From a virus: a stretch of DNA of 64,000 nucleotides. A program made the translations under genes and the position numbers. Numbering within the stretch: the stretch's first letter is position 1; every line of letters begins with the position of its first letter. The stretch lies in the IMG/VR virus record IMGVR_UViG_3300034782_000062, positions 96,001-160,000 of that record, one strand, 5' to 3'. Of the stretch, positions 19,734-29,500 are shown one piece after another. Under the pieces are notes generated by a model, which was given only the letters and a program-made list of their open reading frames with translations, was not told the DNA's origin and did no database searches.

Positions 19734-21163
19734 TGGCCGATTTTAAGCATTATCGCATCTACTGCGAAACCGAGGCTCAGTGGGTCCCTGAATGGGCTGA
19801 TACGCCGCCGACTGTGTGTCCGAACAATCCGGCTCATACGGTGAGGGCAGAGAGCGCTGCCGAGTTTGAGACAAAGCTGATTGTTCTTGTGGCTGAGCCA
19901 GATGGTCAGGGAGTCTTGGGTGGCCTGACAGGCTCTGGTGATGAAATGGAGCGCGTCATAGGTGCGGCGCGCGTCGAAAAGAGTACAGCCGAGACAGTTC
20001 CAGCTTTGACTCTCCAGTGTTCGACGGGCCATCCGACTGGCTATGGCTGCATGAAGCTGGACATGGATGTCGATGGTCCAACGCTTGAGCTGGACAGCGC
20101 TGCAACGGGTTATCCCGTTTTGGGGATCACATCACTGAACGGGAACACCCGCGGAGATATTGCTTTTGGAACGGGTCGTTCATCAGACCCATCTTCTCCA
20201 ACCGAGGGTGATCTCTGGTACAACGCGACGGACGATTACTACCGTTACCATGACGGCACCGAGGTCCAGACTCTCGGCCGGTTGAATGATATTCATTGGT
20301 CGCGTAACGCCGCTGGTTACGTCTATCCCAAGGTTGCGACGGACGACCTCTACATCGGTGGTTCCACACCAAACGGTGTTTGGTTTGATGACGGCGATCT
20401 GGTTCTTGGTGGCTCAGCAATGACCGGCACCGAGCGCCTGAAAGTTGTCGGTAGCCAGCTTATCGACCAGGATTCAAACGCTGTTTCTCTCGATATTGAT
20501 AGCGAGGCAACTGGAAGCCCGCTGATTAATCTTCAGCCCATCAACGCAAATACGCGTGGTGACATAGCCTTCGGTGTTACCAGGACGGCAGATCCAACGA
20601 CGCCGTCCGAAGGAGACTTCTGGTACGAGTCGACCTCGAAGGAGCTGAAGTTCAGAAAAGATTCTTCGACCGTCGAGGTTCGTGACGCGATCAAGCTGCA
20701 GGGCTACGCCGTCGCCACGACGGCGCCAACTGACGAGTATGTCCTTGCTTGGAATGCGACAGCTTCAGAATGGCAGCCGACCGCGATGGACGCTCTTCCT
20801 GGGCCTGACTATACCCAGGTTACATCAACGACAAACACCACGACGACATCTACAACGGATGTGCTGATGGCTGGCATGACGATGACGCCGGTAGCCGGTC
20901 AGTACACAGTGTTTTTCTCGACGACTTTGCAGCACTCAAATAACAACCAAACGGTTTATTTGTCGATCTATGCTGGAGGCGTTCAGGAAGCCTACTCAGA
21001 AAAAATGGTCCAAAGCCCTCGGTGGGTTAACGCGGGGTATGCTGGTTTTACTCAAGCCATCGTTACAGTGAACGGTTCGCAATCAATTGAGCTTCGATGG
21101 AGAACCACCAGCGGAACGGCGACGGCTCTTAGGCGATCGATGATGATCGTGAGGGTGTCCTAA
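19733..21163 (+). CDS. Putative fibre/structural protein
   Basis: Same RGDIAFG..EGD.WY and WFDDGDLVLGG modules; Thr-rich C-terminal domain; TGATG coupling. Confidence 0.7.
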   Translation: MADFKHYRIYCETEAQWVPEWADTPPTVCPNNPAHTVRAESAAEFETKLIVLVAEPDGQGVLGGLTGSGDEMERVIGAARVEKSTAETVPALTLQCSTGHPTGYGCMKLDMDVDGPTLELDSAATGYPVLGITSLNGNTRGDIAFGTGRSSDPSSPTEGDLWYNATDDYYRYHDGTEVQTLGRLNDIHWSRNAAGYVYPKVATDDLYIGGSTPNGVWFDDGDLVLGGSAMTGTERLKVVGSQLIDQDSNAVSLDIDSEATGSPLINLQPINANTRGDIAFGVTRTADPTTPSEGDFWYESTSKELKFRKDSSTVEVRDAIKLQGYAVATTAPTDEYVLAWNATASEWQPTAMDALPGPDYTQVTSTTNTTTTSTTDVLMAGMTMTPVAGQYTVFFSTTLQHSNNNQTVYLSIYAGGVQEAYSEKMVQSPRWVNAGYAGFTQAIVTVNGSQSIELRWRTTSGTATALRRSMMIVRVS

Positions 21164-21164
21164 A

Positions 21165-22604
21165 ATGGCTGATACCAAGTACACCTACAGCATCTCATCG
21201 GACTTTCCGAACAGGCAGGTGGACTCTGATAGCCTGACTGCGCAGATTGAAGAAAGCTCGATAAGCTCTGCCGCTCTCCTCTATATCGAAACAAACGGGG
21301 ATGACTGCGATATCTGGTTTGACGACCCTCTTTCTGGTGCAGACCAAACAACGCTCGCTGGAATTGTTTCGACTCATACCGGTTACCCTGGGGCATCACC
21401 AGAAAAAGGTGGCATTGTTTTCGTTCCGTTGGATAGCCCATCAGCTCCAACTGTGACACCTCAGGGCACACCGGGAACGACAACGTGGGGTTATAAAATC
21501 ACGGCGTTTAGTTCGTCTGGGGAGACGCTTGCTTCAACGGAGGGACAAACGACAACTGGGAACGCTACGCTCGACGCGACAAACTTTAACAGGGTGACAT
21601 GGGACGAGATCTCTGGTGCTGTAAAGTATGGAGTATACAGGGTTACAGCCGGTGGAACACCGTCGAGCACTGGAAAATTGGCCGAGACTACCGCGGCTGA
21701 TGGAGAGACTTTTGATGACACAGGTCAATCAGCTTATGATGCCGAACCGAGTGAAGATCGTTCGAGCGCAGTAACAATCGGTTCTGGTGATGCAACCCCC
21801 GGCAAGCTTCTGACGTTGCGCGAAGAGACGACCGACGATTCGACAGTGACAAGCCTGATTACTCTCGCACGTAGGTCACTCAACACTGTTCTCGCCGGTT
21901 TTGGAACAGGACTCTACACGAAGCTCGAAGACGAGGATGGGGATGATCGAGCTGCAGGCTCGCTGCACTTTCTCTGGGAGGACCCAGCGTCGACTGCGCT
22001 CGAAGCGGCATTTCGCGTCATGTTGCGTGATGGAGGATCTCAGACCGTCGAGCGCTTTCGCGTAACGCCTCAGGGTGGCATTCAGCTTTCCGGCACAGAT
22101 GTCATTGACGCCGGAACGTGCCGTCAGGTGCTTCCTGTCGATGGTGGTATTCGAGGCGGTACGACGTCGGGTTCGACAAACAACGACATCGCGGCGATTC
22201 GGTTCGATAACGGGGGCGATGGTTGGAACCGCGTCAATATCGAGCCGCCGACTCGGTATATCAGTGGAGACTTGACCTTCAGACTTTTTTGTTCGGTGCC
22301 ATCGTCGGTGCCGGCTAGTCGTGGGACGAGGTGGAGGCTCAACTGGAGTCTCAAGGATATTGGAGACGCGCTCGGCTCGTGGAGCTATACAAACGAGTTT
22401 ACCTACGACATCTCGGGTCAGACTCTCGATCAGATATTTGCGATCGATTTTACGATCCAGGCGTCTCAGTTCGACAAAACAAAAGACCTGCTGTGCATGA
22501 AGATGACACGGCTTGGAACGGACGCAGCCGATGACTGTGGAGTGCACATCTACGTGCACGGATTGGAGCTGCGTTTTAGTGGGTTTCGGTTTGCCGGCCA
22601 GTAG
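21165..22604 (+). CDS. Putative structural protein
   Basis: Thr/Gly-rich, beta-rich composition; position in the structural operon. Confidence 0.6.
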   Translation: MADTKYTYSISSDFPNRQVDSDSLTAQIEESSISSAALLYIETNGDDCDIWFDDPLSGADQTTLAGIVSTHTGYPGASPEKGGIVFVPLDSPSAPTVTPQGTPGTTTWGYKITAFSSSGETLASTEGQTTTGNATLDATNFNRVTWDEISGAVKYGVYRVTAGGTPSSTGKLAETTAADGETFDDTGQSAYDAEPSEDRSSAVTIGSGDATPGKLLTLREETTDDSTVTSLITLARRSLNTVLAGFGTGLYTKLEDEDGDDRAAGSLHFLWEDPASTALEAAFRVMLRDGGSQTVERFRVTPQGGIQLSGTDVIDAGTCRQVLPVDGGIRGGTTSGSTNNDIAAIRFDNGGDGWNRVNIEPPTRYISGDLTFRLFCSVPSSVPASRGTRWRLNWSLKDIGDALGSWSYTNEFTYDISGQTLDQIFAIDFTIQASQFDKTKDLLCMKMTRLGTDAADDCGVHIYVHGLELRFSGFRFAGQ

Positions 22605-22620
22605 GCCGGAAGGTGGAGAG

Positions 22621-23514
22621 ATGGCGGTCAGAATTGATGTTTTAAAAGCGCTTAGCTCGCAGACCTATCTTCTCGGATACGAGGAGAGGATCAGTATGGA
22701 TCCTGAGCTTGCTCAGAACAACGGCGTCGTCGTTGGTCAGCAAGTCCGGATCAAGAGCAAGAAGAAGCCTGAAAGATATGCAGCGTACACGGTGCACCAG
22801 TTCATGCAAGACGGCACCGATGATAACGACGTTCGGATGGCCCTCGCTGGTCGTCAGCGTATGGACTACTCTGACAGCTTCAGCGGCTACCTGGAGGGCT
22901 GTGACGAGGTTGCCCTTCAGGGTAAGACCGAGCAGTGGCTCGACGACAACAACGAGTTCGGAGAGTTTCTCGACGAGACGTCGACAAATCATACAAAGAT
23001 CGTCGTGTGCGCGCCTCATGGCGGCATCATTGAAAACTACACCGACGAAGAGGCCGAGCGCGTCTACTCGGAGCTTGATGGTCAGGGTAAGGATGTTTCG
23101 TCCTGGCGATGCAAAGGATGGCAGGACGCCATTGGCGCCTACGATGCCTGGCACATCACCTCGACAGAAATCAGCCCTGAGAGCTTCCCGCTTCTTGGGT
23201 CGATCCAGAATCGCGGCTTCGATTACGCCGTGTCTTTTCATGGTTACGGCGAGGCGGACATTGCGGTCGGAGGAGGCGCCCCTGTGGCGCTTAAGCAGGA
23301 AATCGCCGACGCCATCGCGGCAATTTCGGGGCTCCCCTACGACGTGTCGGTGCTCACCGGTGGCGAGTATAGCGGAACGAGTCCTGACAACTTCGTCAAC
23401 TGGCTGACATCCGCTGGAAACGGAATTCAGATCGAGCAGCCCTATGGCGCCCGACGGGACTACTGGCAGCAGATAGCTGACGCTGTCGCTAGCGTCTTCG
23501 CGTCGAAGATCTGA
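22621..23514 (+). CDS. Poly-gamma-glutamate hydrolase family protein (PghP/DUF867-like)
   Basis: APHGGIIE, HITST, VSFHG and IQIEQ motifs; start MAVRID with GGAG RBS. Confidence 0.75.
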   Translation: MAVRIDVLKALSSQTYLLGYEERISMDPELAQNNGVVVGQQVRIKSKKKPERYAAYTVHQFMQDGTDDNDVRMALAGRQRMDYSDSFSGYLEGCDEVALQGKTEQWLDDNNEFGEFLDETSTNHTKIVVCAPHGGIIENYTDEEAERVYSELDGQGKDVSSWRCKGWQDAIGAYDAWHITSTEISPESFPLLGSIQNRGFDYAVSFHGYGEADIAVGGGAPVALKQEIADAIAAISGLPYDVSVLTGGEYSGTSPDNFVNWLTSAGNGIQIEQPYGARRDYWQQIADAVASVFASKI

Positions 23515-23526
23515 TTCGGAGGGTCC

Positions 23527-23811
23527 ATGGCCGAGGAACGACATGCTCATCAGGAGAATTACCCCTACCACGAGGAGCATTACGACGGTGGGAAGCTGGC
23601 GCACGAGATTTTTGCCGCTGGCTATGAGTCAAGCGCTATCGTTCATCCGTCGTCGCGCGTGGACTACAACTACCAAGGGAATGTCCTGATCGGTGAGACT
23701 GTGACTACGAGGGATGAGGATGGAAACGTCGTTTCGACGGTCGAGTACGAGTGGTACACCGAAAAGGTCGGCAATAAAGAGACACGACGCAAAGTGAGGG
23801 TGCAGCCATGA
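23527..23811 (+). CDS. Hypothetical protein
   Basis: 94-aa ORF coupled to the next gene by ATGA overlap. Confidence 0.55.
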   Translation: MAEERHAHQENYPYHEEHYDGGKLAHEIFAAGYESSAIVHPSSRVDYNYQGNVLIGETVTTRDEDGNVVSTVEYEWYTEKVGNKETRRKVRVQP

Positions 23812-24575
23812 CGGCAGGAATACCAGGAACGAGAGGCATCGTCCTCCCGACGATGACTGATGACGGTCGTCTGACTGTCGCGGCTCGACCTCACTACAAT
23901 AACATGGACTGGCCCGATTTCTGGGCAGACCGTGGAGACGATCTCGATGCTGTTGCTCCGGCTCGAAGTGTTTCGATGGGCCAGGATATGTTCGTCAGCG
24001 GGAGTTCCGAAGGTGATCACGATATTGCTTTCAGGTTCAACGAGGCGGTCCAGGTCCGTGGAGGAGAGGCTTGGCTATTAACTCCGTTTAACAGGCTCGA
24101 CTTTGCAAGCGTTGAGCTTTTTGCATCGGCGACACCTGTGGTTGAAAACGCTGGATCAGGTAACTGCAACCTAATTCCGACTGGAGCTGGGTTCAACGTT
24201 ATCGTACCGGATGCTGAGGGCGATGGGTCGCACGACGTTGACTTGGAAGCCAAGATTGGGACCTCCGCGGTGCATCAAGCGTCTATCGTTCCAGCATCTG
24301 CTGGCAACGGATTTTTTGACTACGACCTGGACACGAACGTGATCACCCCGAATGAATCGCAGGAAGGTGGCTACAATCTCTACGATGCTGAGATCCGTCT
24401 CCAGCGTTTTTTGAACCACGTTCGGATTCGAGAGGAGCTTACGAGCTTTATGGGGCAAGAAGCGAAGTTGGTGCTGCCCCATTGGAGCTGGCGCGTCATT
24501 CTTCATCATGGTGCAGGAAGTCACAACGTTGAGCTGTGCTTCCGCCTCATGATGTACAGGCAGACTTCGTACTAG
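23808..24575 (+). CDS. Hypothetical (probable structural) protein
   Basis: 255-aa ORF within the structural operon. Confidence 0.55.
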   Translation: MTAGIPGTRGIVLPTMTDDGRLTVAARPHYNNMDWPDFWADRGDDLDAVAPARSVSMGQDMFVSGSSEGDHDIAFRFNEAVQVRGGEAWLLTPFNRLDFASVELFASATPVVENAGSGNCNLIPTGAGFNVIVPDAEGDGSHDVDLEAKIGTSAVHQASIVPASAGNGFFDYDLDTNVITPNESQEGGYNLYDAEIRLQRFLNHVRIREELTSFMGQEAKLVLPHWSWRVILHHGAGSHNVELCFRLMMYRQTSY

Positions 24576-24588
24576 ACAGGTAATATCG

Positions 24589-26556
24589 ATGAGCAACATC
24601 TTCATAACAGGAATAAGTGGCAGTGGCATCTACGCGGTTCCGGAAGACGCTGCGGCGCTTCAGTCCGCTGAGGCCGGGCTCCAGACCCTTCTCTCGGGTG
24701 TAATGGGGCTCTCCTTCGATAAGGCGTATTCCTGGGTGAAGACGTCGGATGGGGCTGGTGCATCGAGGACGCTCAACTGTCTCCTCGTCAACGCTCAATA
24801 CATGGGCGTTATGTGCCCAAGCTCTGCTCAGATAGCGGCCATGACCGCAGCCATTCAGACGCAGCTCCTTGGTGACCCAAACATCGTTTCTGTATCCGTG
24901 CAGGACGTCAACCTTGTCATCGATTCAGGGGGCGCCGGTATCTGGCTTCGTAACTCGGCCACCGGCAGGGTCGAGCTGGTAGACCCTGGTGACTTTGTGT
25001 CGCTTGGCGGAATCGGTGATCCATCAAGTCTCTTTGTCGGAGAGGGTTCAAGTGAGGAGCCGTCCGCTCCGACGTCGTATCTGTACGAGTATGATAGCTC
25101 TGCTCCTTCTGGTTCGAGGTTTACACAGATCGATCCTTCAAGCGGATTCCCATGGACACAGCTCGGCGGAATCAATGACGCTCTCTACATTGGCGTAGAT
25201 AGCAAGCACTACGCGTGGATATTCGAGGTGGCGACGGCAAAGGATTCTACGCCTGTAGTAGTGGAGATTTGGAATGGGGCGAGCTGGGATCCGTTTGACA
25301 AAGCAACCTATCCCCAAGGCGTTGATACAAACAGGGGTCCAAATTTCTGGGAGAACATTGAGATCCAAGTCGTGCAGGTTGACAAATATGTCGAGCAGTC
25401 CACCTGGGCGCAGGCAGATAATGTTTTGGATGAGGTTCCCAATACGGGCACCTCACTGTATTGGGTGAGGTTCCGCAATACAGCAGTTGTCGGTACCTCG
25501 GCCGTAATCGCAAGCATCAATCTCCGGGGGAGCGGATTTGAGTACAACGGTGTCGCCGAGGCAATGAGGCTTTGGGGCACCGCCCGGAAGCGAGTCCGAG
25601 AAAGATTCTTTCTTGCAAACATGGTTCTCGGCGAGCCCCCATGGGTGAATTTTTCTGATATCACCGCGGTGACGTCGTCGATGCCAAACCCGGGAAGCAC
25701 ATCGCGACGAATCCATGTCTTCGGAACCTCGCAGCCGAGCAATCTCAACGCTCAGTGGAAGGGGTATGCGGTTCACCAATCAGGAAGCTGGACATGGATA
25801 GATGGAAATGCTGGACACCGTCGGTGGATGGTACTCTGTTTTATTGCGGGGTCGGGGCCTGGGGCGTGGCATATCAATGCTGGTGACAACATAACACTCA
25901 CGGTTGATGGTAATCCGTTTACCGTTTACCTGCCTGAGCTAGAGATCGTAGAGGGGCAAGAGGTATATCTCTATGTGGACCAGAACGGTAGCACATACAA
26001 TGCCGCTGGAATCTACGCTCCCGACTTCTTCTCGCTCGCCTATCAGGCGCCGACTGGCTATTCGCCAGCAAGGAGGGGGCTCGGTCCAGCCGCTGGTGCC
26101 CCTGACGGAGAACTCCAGTCCGGAGGAATGAGCTACGAGAACGATCACAGGATGGGTGTTTCGTTCACCTATGTGCTTCCACCGGCACTTGATAACGGCT
26201 CGAAGCTGAGAATCTTTCTTGGCCTGGCCCCGGGCGGAACGGGCAACTACGACTGGCACGTCGATGCCAAGGCACTGAGTTTGGGAGATCAGGTCGGGGC
26301 TATTTTTCCGCCTGATATATCGTTTGACACGATTATCACCTACACGCCTGCCGAGTCTGGACGAGTCCAATCGACGCTTCTGTCGACCGACTACTCAAGA
26401 ATGATTTCGGTTGAAGGAATCGATGATCGAGGCGGTGTAGTAATCAGGCTTGCCAGGGACGCAACGATTGCGAACCCCAATGATACTGGTGGAGATATCG
26501 TGATCGTCGAGTTTGGGGTCGAGTACGTTGTACAAGACCTTGGCCGTGCATCATAA
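24589..26556 (+). CDS. Putative virion protein with shared N-terminal module
   Basis: MSNIFITGISGSGIYAVP start; beta-rich body. Confidence 0.65.
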   Translation: MSNIFITGISGSGIYAVPEDAAALQSAEAGLQTLLSGVMGLSFDKAYSWVKTSDGAGASRTLNCLLVNAQYMGVMCPSSAQIAAMTAAIQTQLLGDPNIVSVSVQDVNLVIDSGGAGIWLRNSATGRVELVDPGDFVSLGGIGDPSSLFVGEGSSEEPSAPTSYLYEYDSSAPSGSRFTQIDPSSGFPWTQLGGINDALYIGVDSKHYAWIFEVATAKDSTPVVVEIWNGASWDPFDKATYPQGVDTNRGPNFWENIEIQVVQVDKYVEQSTWAQADNVLDEVPNTGTSLYWVRFRNTAVVGTSAVIASINLRGSGFEYNGVAEAMRLWGTARKRVRERFFLANMVLGEPPWVNFSDITAVTSSMPNPGSTSRRIHVFGTSQPSNLNAQWKGYAVHQSGSWTWIDGNAGHRRWMVLCFIAGSGPGAWHINAGDNITLTVDGNPFTVYLPELEIVEGQEVYLYVDQNGSTYNAAGIYAPDFFSLAYQAPTGYSPARRGLGPAAGAPDGELQSGGMSYENDHRMGVSFTYVLPPALDNGSKLRIFLGLAPGGTGNYDWHVDAKALSLGDQVGAIFPPDISFDTIITYTPAESGRVQSTLLSTDYSRMISVEGIDDRGGVVIRLARDATIANPNDTGGDIVIVEFGVEYVVQDLGRAS

Positions 26557-26577
26557 CGAGGCGTTTGGAGAGATACG

Positions 26578-29500
26578 ATGAGTAACATTTTCGTCACAGA
26601 CATCATCGGTACCGGAACCTATGCCGTTCCTACGGACGATACGGAGCTTGCCTCTGCGTCCTCAGGACTTAACACGTTGCTTGGTGGCGTCGCGAACTTG
26701 ACCTACGATCGCGTTTTGGCGTGGGTCGAGGACTCCGGTGGTCCAGGTGGCGCTGAAGGCAATCGAACCCTGAACTGCCTCATCGAAAAATTCACCTATC
26801 TAACAGACGAATGTCCGTCTGAGGCCAACGTCGACACGATGATCGCCGCGATTGAGTCGACGCTTGAAGCCGATGCCAACATCACGTCCGTCGACAGGCA
26901 GGATGTACACATCTTCCAGGCGGGCGCCTACTTCTTGTGGAATCGAGACTCCGCCGGTGGGTTCCTCTATCCGAACACGGCGACCGACGATGTCGCGGTT
27001 GGGCCGTTCGCAAGTCCAAACGGTAAGTGGTTCGACGATGGTGACCTCGTCCTGGGGACGGACGCCATGGTCGGCGCCGAGCAGCTCTATATCCTCGATG
27101 ACGATGAGACGGCGAACAACGTTGGTGCGAGGGCTCGTACCGAGAAGGATTCGACCGGAACAAAAGCCGGATGGACAGGCTTCGTTTCAGAGGTGCAGCA
27201 CACAGGAGCAGGCCCCGGAACCCTCTATCTTGGCTTCGCTTCCTCGAACACCTACAACAACGCTGCTGCTGATATCGATGATGACATCGGATTTGTCTGT
27301 AACCCAACCGTCACGGCTGTCAATTCCTTCGATAGGCTGACTGGGTTCTTCTCACAGCCTACGATTGCGGCCGGGCAGACGGTCACTCGATATAAGGGTG
27401 TGTCGATCGATGGCATCAATGGCGCAGGCACGGTAACGACGTCGACAGGGATCGAGGTCAACGACGTCGGTCTCAACTCGACGACGACCTACGGAATCGA
27501 GATTGACGCTCAGACCGGAACGACAGCACGCGGCATCTACTGCGATGACTCCATCGAGCTGACGGGCACCATCGTTATCGGAGAGAACGCCGACCATACG
27601 GTGGCTCCAGCGGCCGGAACAGGGCTGCTGTGGGTGCGGAGCGATACACCGAACCGGGTTATTTTCACAGATGACGCCGGCACTGATCAGGTGCTCCAGT
27701 TTGGCTGGACCGAGTCCGAGGTCATCTACGTCGCAAAGTTCGGAAGTGACGCGAACGATGGCCAGTCGCTCACCGAGCCAAAGTTGACGGTTGGTGCGGC
27801 TATTACAGCCGCTGCGGCTCTGACTCCAAGCGCAACGAACCCGATCGTTATCTACGTATACCCAGGTGTCTACTCCGAGCAGATTGTTCTGTCGAGCGAT
27901 TATGTATCGCTGTTCGGTGTTGGTGGTCCTGACAGCGTGATCATTGAAGACGATACGGATGCGAGCCAAGTCCTCAGGATGGGGGCTTGTGACAATATCG
28001 AGGTGCGAAACATTCACTTCCGTGGCATCACGAACAACGTTGACGCTATTACCTGTGCTCAATTCACACTGAACAACATTTTCAGGAATTGCAAGTTTAC
28101 GTCAAAGGGGACCGGGCGATCGGAGCTTGATGGTGGGTTCGCAAGCAACCGCCTGGTCATGGATTTTTATAACTGTGTATTCACACACGCGGACAATGAT
28201 GGTGTGAACGATCCTGTCGCCATCTTTATGGATGACGCGACCCTCAACTTCAACGACTGCACCTTCGAGGGTCGAGGCACCGTGAATAACGGTGTCATCA
28301 GCGTTTACAAGAGCTGCAAGTTCAGAGCCGCGACAAGTGCAGCGGCGACGCCTATATGGACGTTTACTAGCGCGGTTACGATGCTGGGGTGTGACGCCGA
28401 AAACACCAACGTTGGTAACGTCTTCGAGCTTGATGTAGCTGGATGCCAATTCCTTGGTGGACGACTATGGGCGGGCAGTGATGCCTCGGCGCGCGAGCTT
28501 TCTTCGACATTCACAACAAAATGGAGGGTCGCCTGCTCCGGTGTCGTGATGAACAACGGCATGGCAGGCACCATCTACCGGGACGAGCTGATTCACTACG
28601 TCGGTGACTCCGGGGACTGCGACTTCCACGTCTCGCTCGAAGCTGCTTGCGACGGCCTGCTCAACACAGGTGGGACCGTCTACCTCATGCGCGATGTGAC
28701 GGTTGGCTCGAACATCGACAACCAGCATCAGTCTCTGACCATCGACGGGATGAACAACTACAGCATTGACCGTGGAAGCGATGCGCTGTTGTTCGAGCAG
28801 AACGGCTTCGACCCCCAGGTCTTCACGCTGAAGAACGTCGAGATTATCCAGGGCCGGATCGAGTGGGACAGGGTACAGGCCGGAGTGCTTAACCTAGTAC
28901 AGGTTACTGGTGGAACGCGCATCATTATCGACAACTACGTCGCCGGCAAAGAGGTCAATATCCAGAACTGCGATATCACCGTCGCGGCGACGGACCAGCC
29001 ATTTATCGACTTCATCGGGGGCGCTGCCTGCCCGCTGATTATCCGGCAGTCGAGACTGGAGGGTAATGGTACGCAGCCGGCGATCGATCTTGATGTCTCC
29101 GCGACAGCTCTGGATGTGTCCTACTCGGTGCTGACCGAGGGCTCAACGGCGGGGACACCGATCTCGAATCCTCCTGGCGCTGTATCGATGATCAGTCATC
29201 ACAATCTTTACAGCACAAGCCCGTTCGGAGGTAACCTCTCAAACAGTGTTACGAACCCCTACGATTCTCCGATCGGATCGGCTGGAGCAAGCCCGTGGAC
29301 GAGTGCCGCTGGCGTCATCTATCCGGCGACGGGTACCGATGATGTCGCAATTGGCTCGACGACGATGGCGGGAGCTGAGCGTCTCTACATCCTTGATGAG
29401 GATGAGACAGGGAATATCGTCGGGGCCAGGGCGCGAGTAGAGAAGGACTCGACGGGAACGAAGGCCCAGTGGACTGGGTATGTAGCCGAAGTGCAGCACA

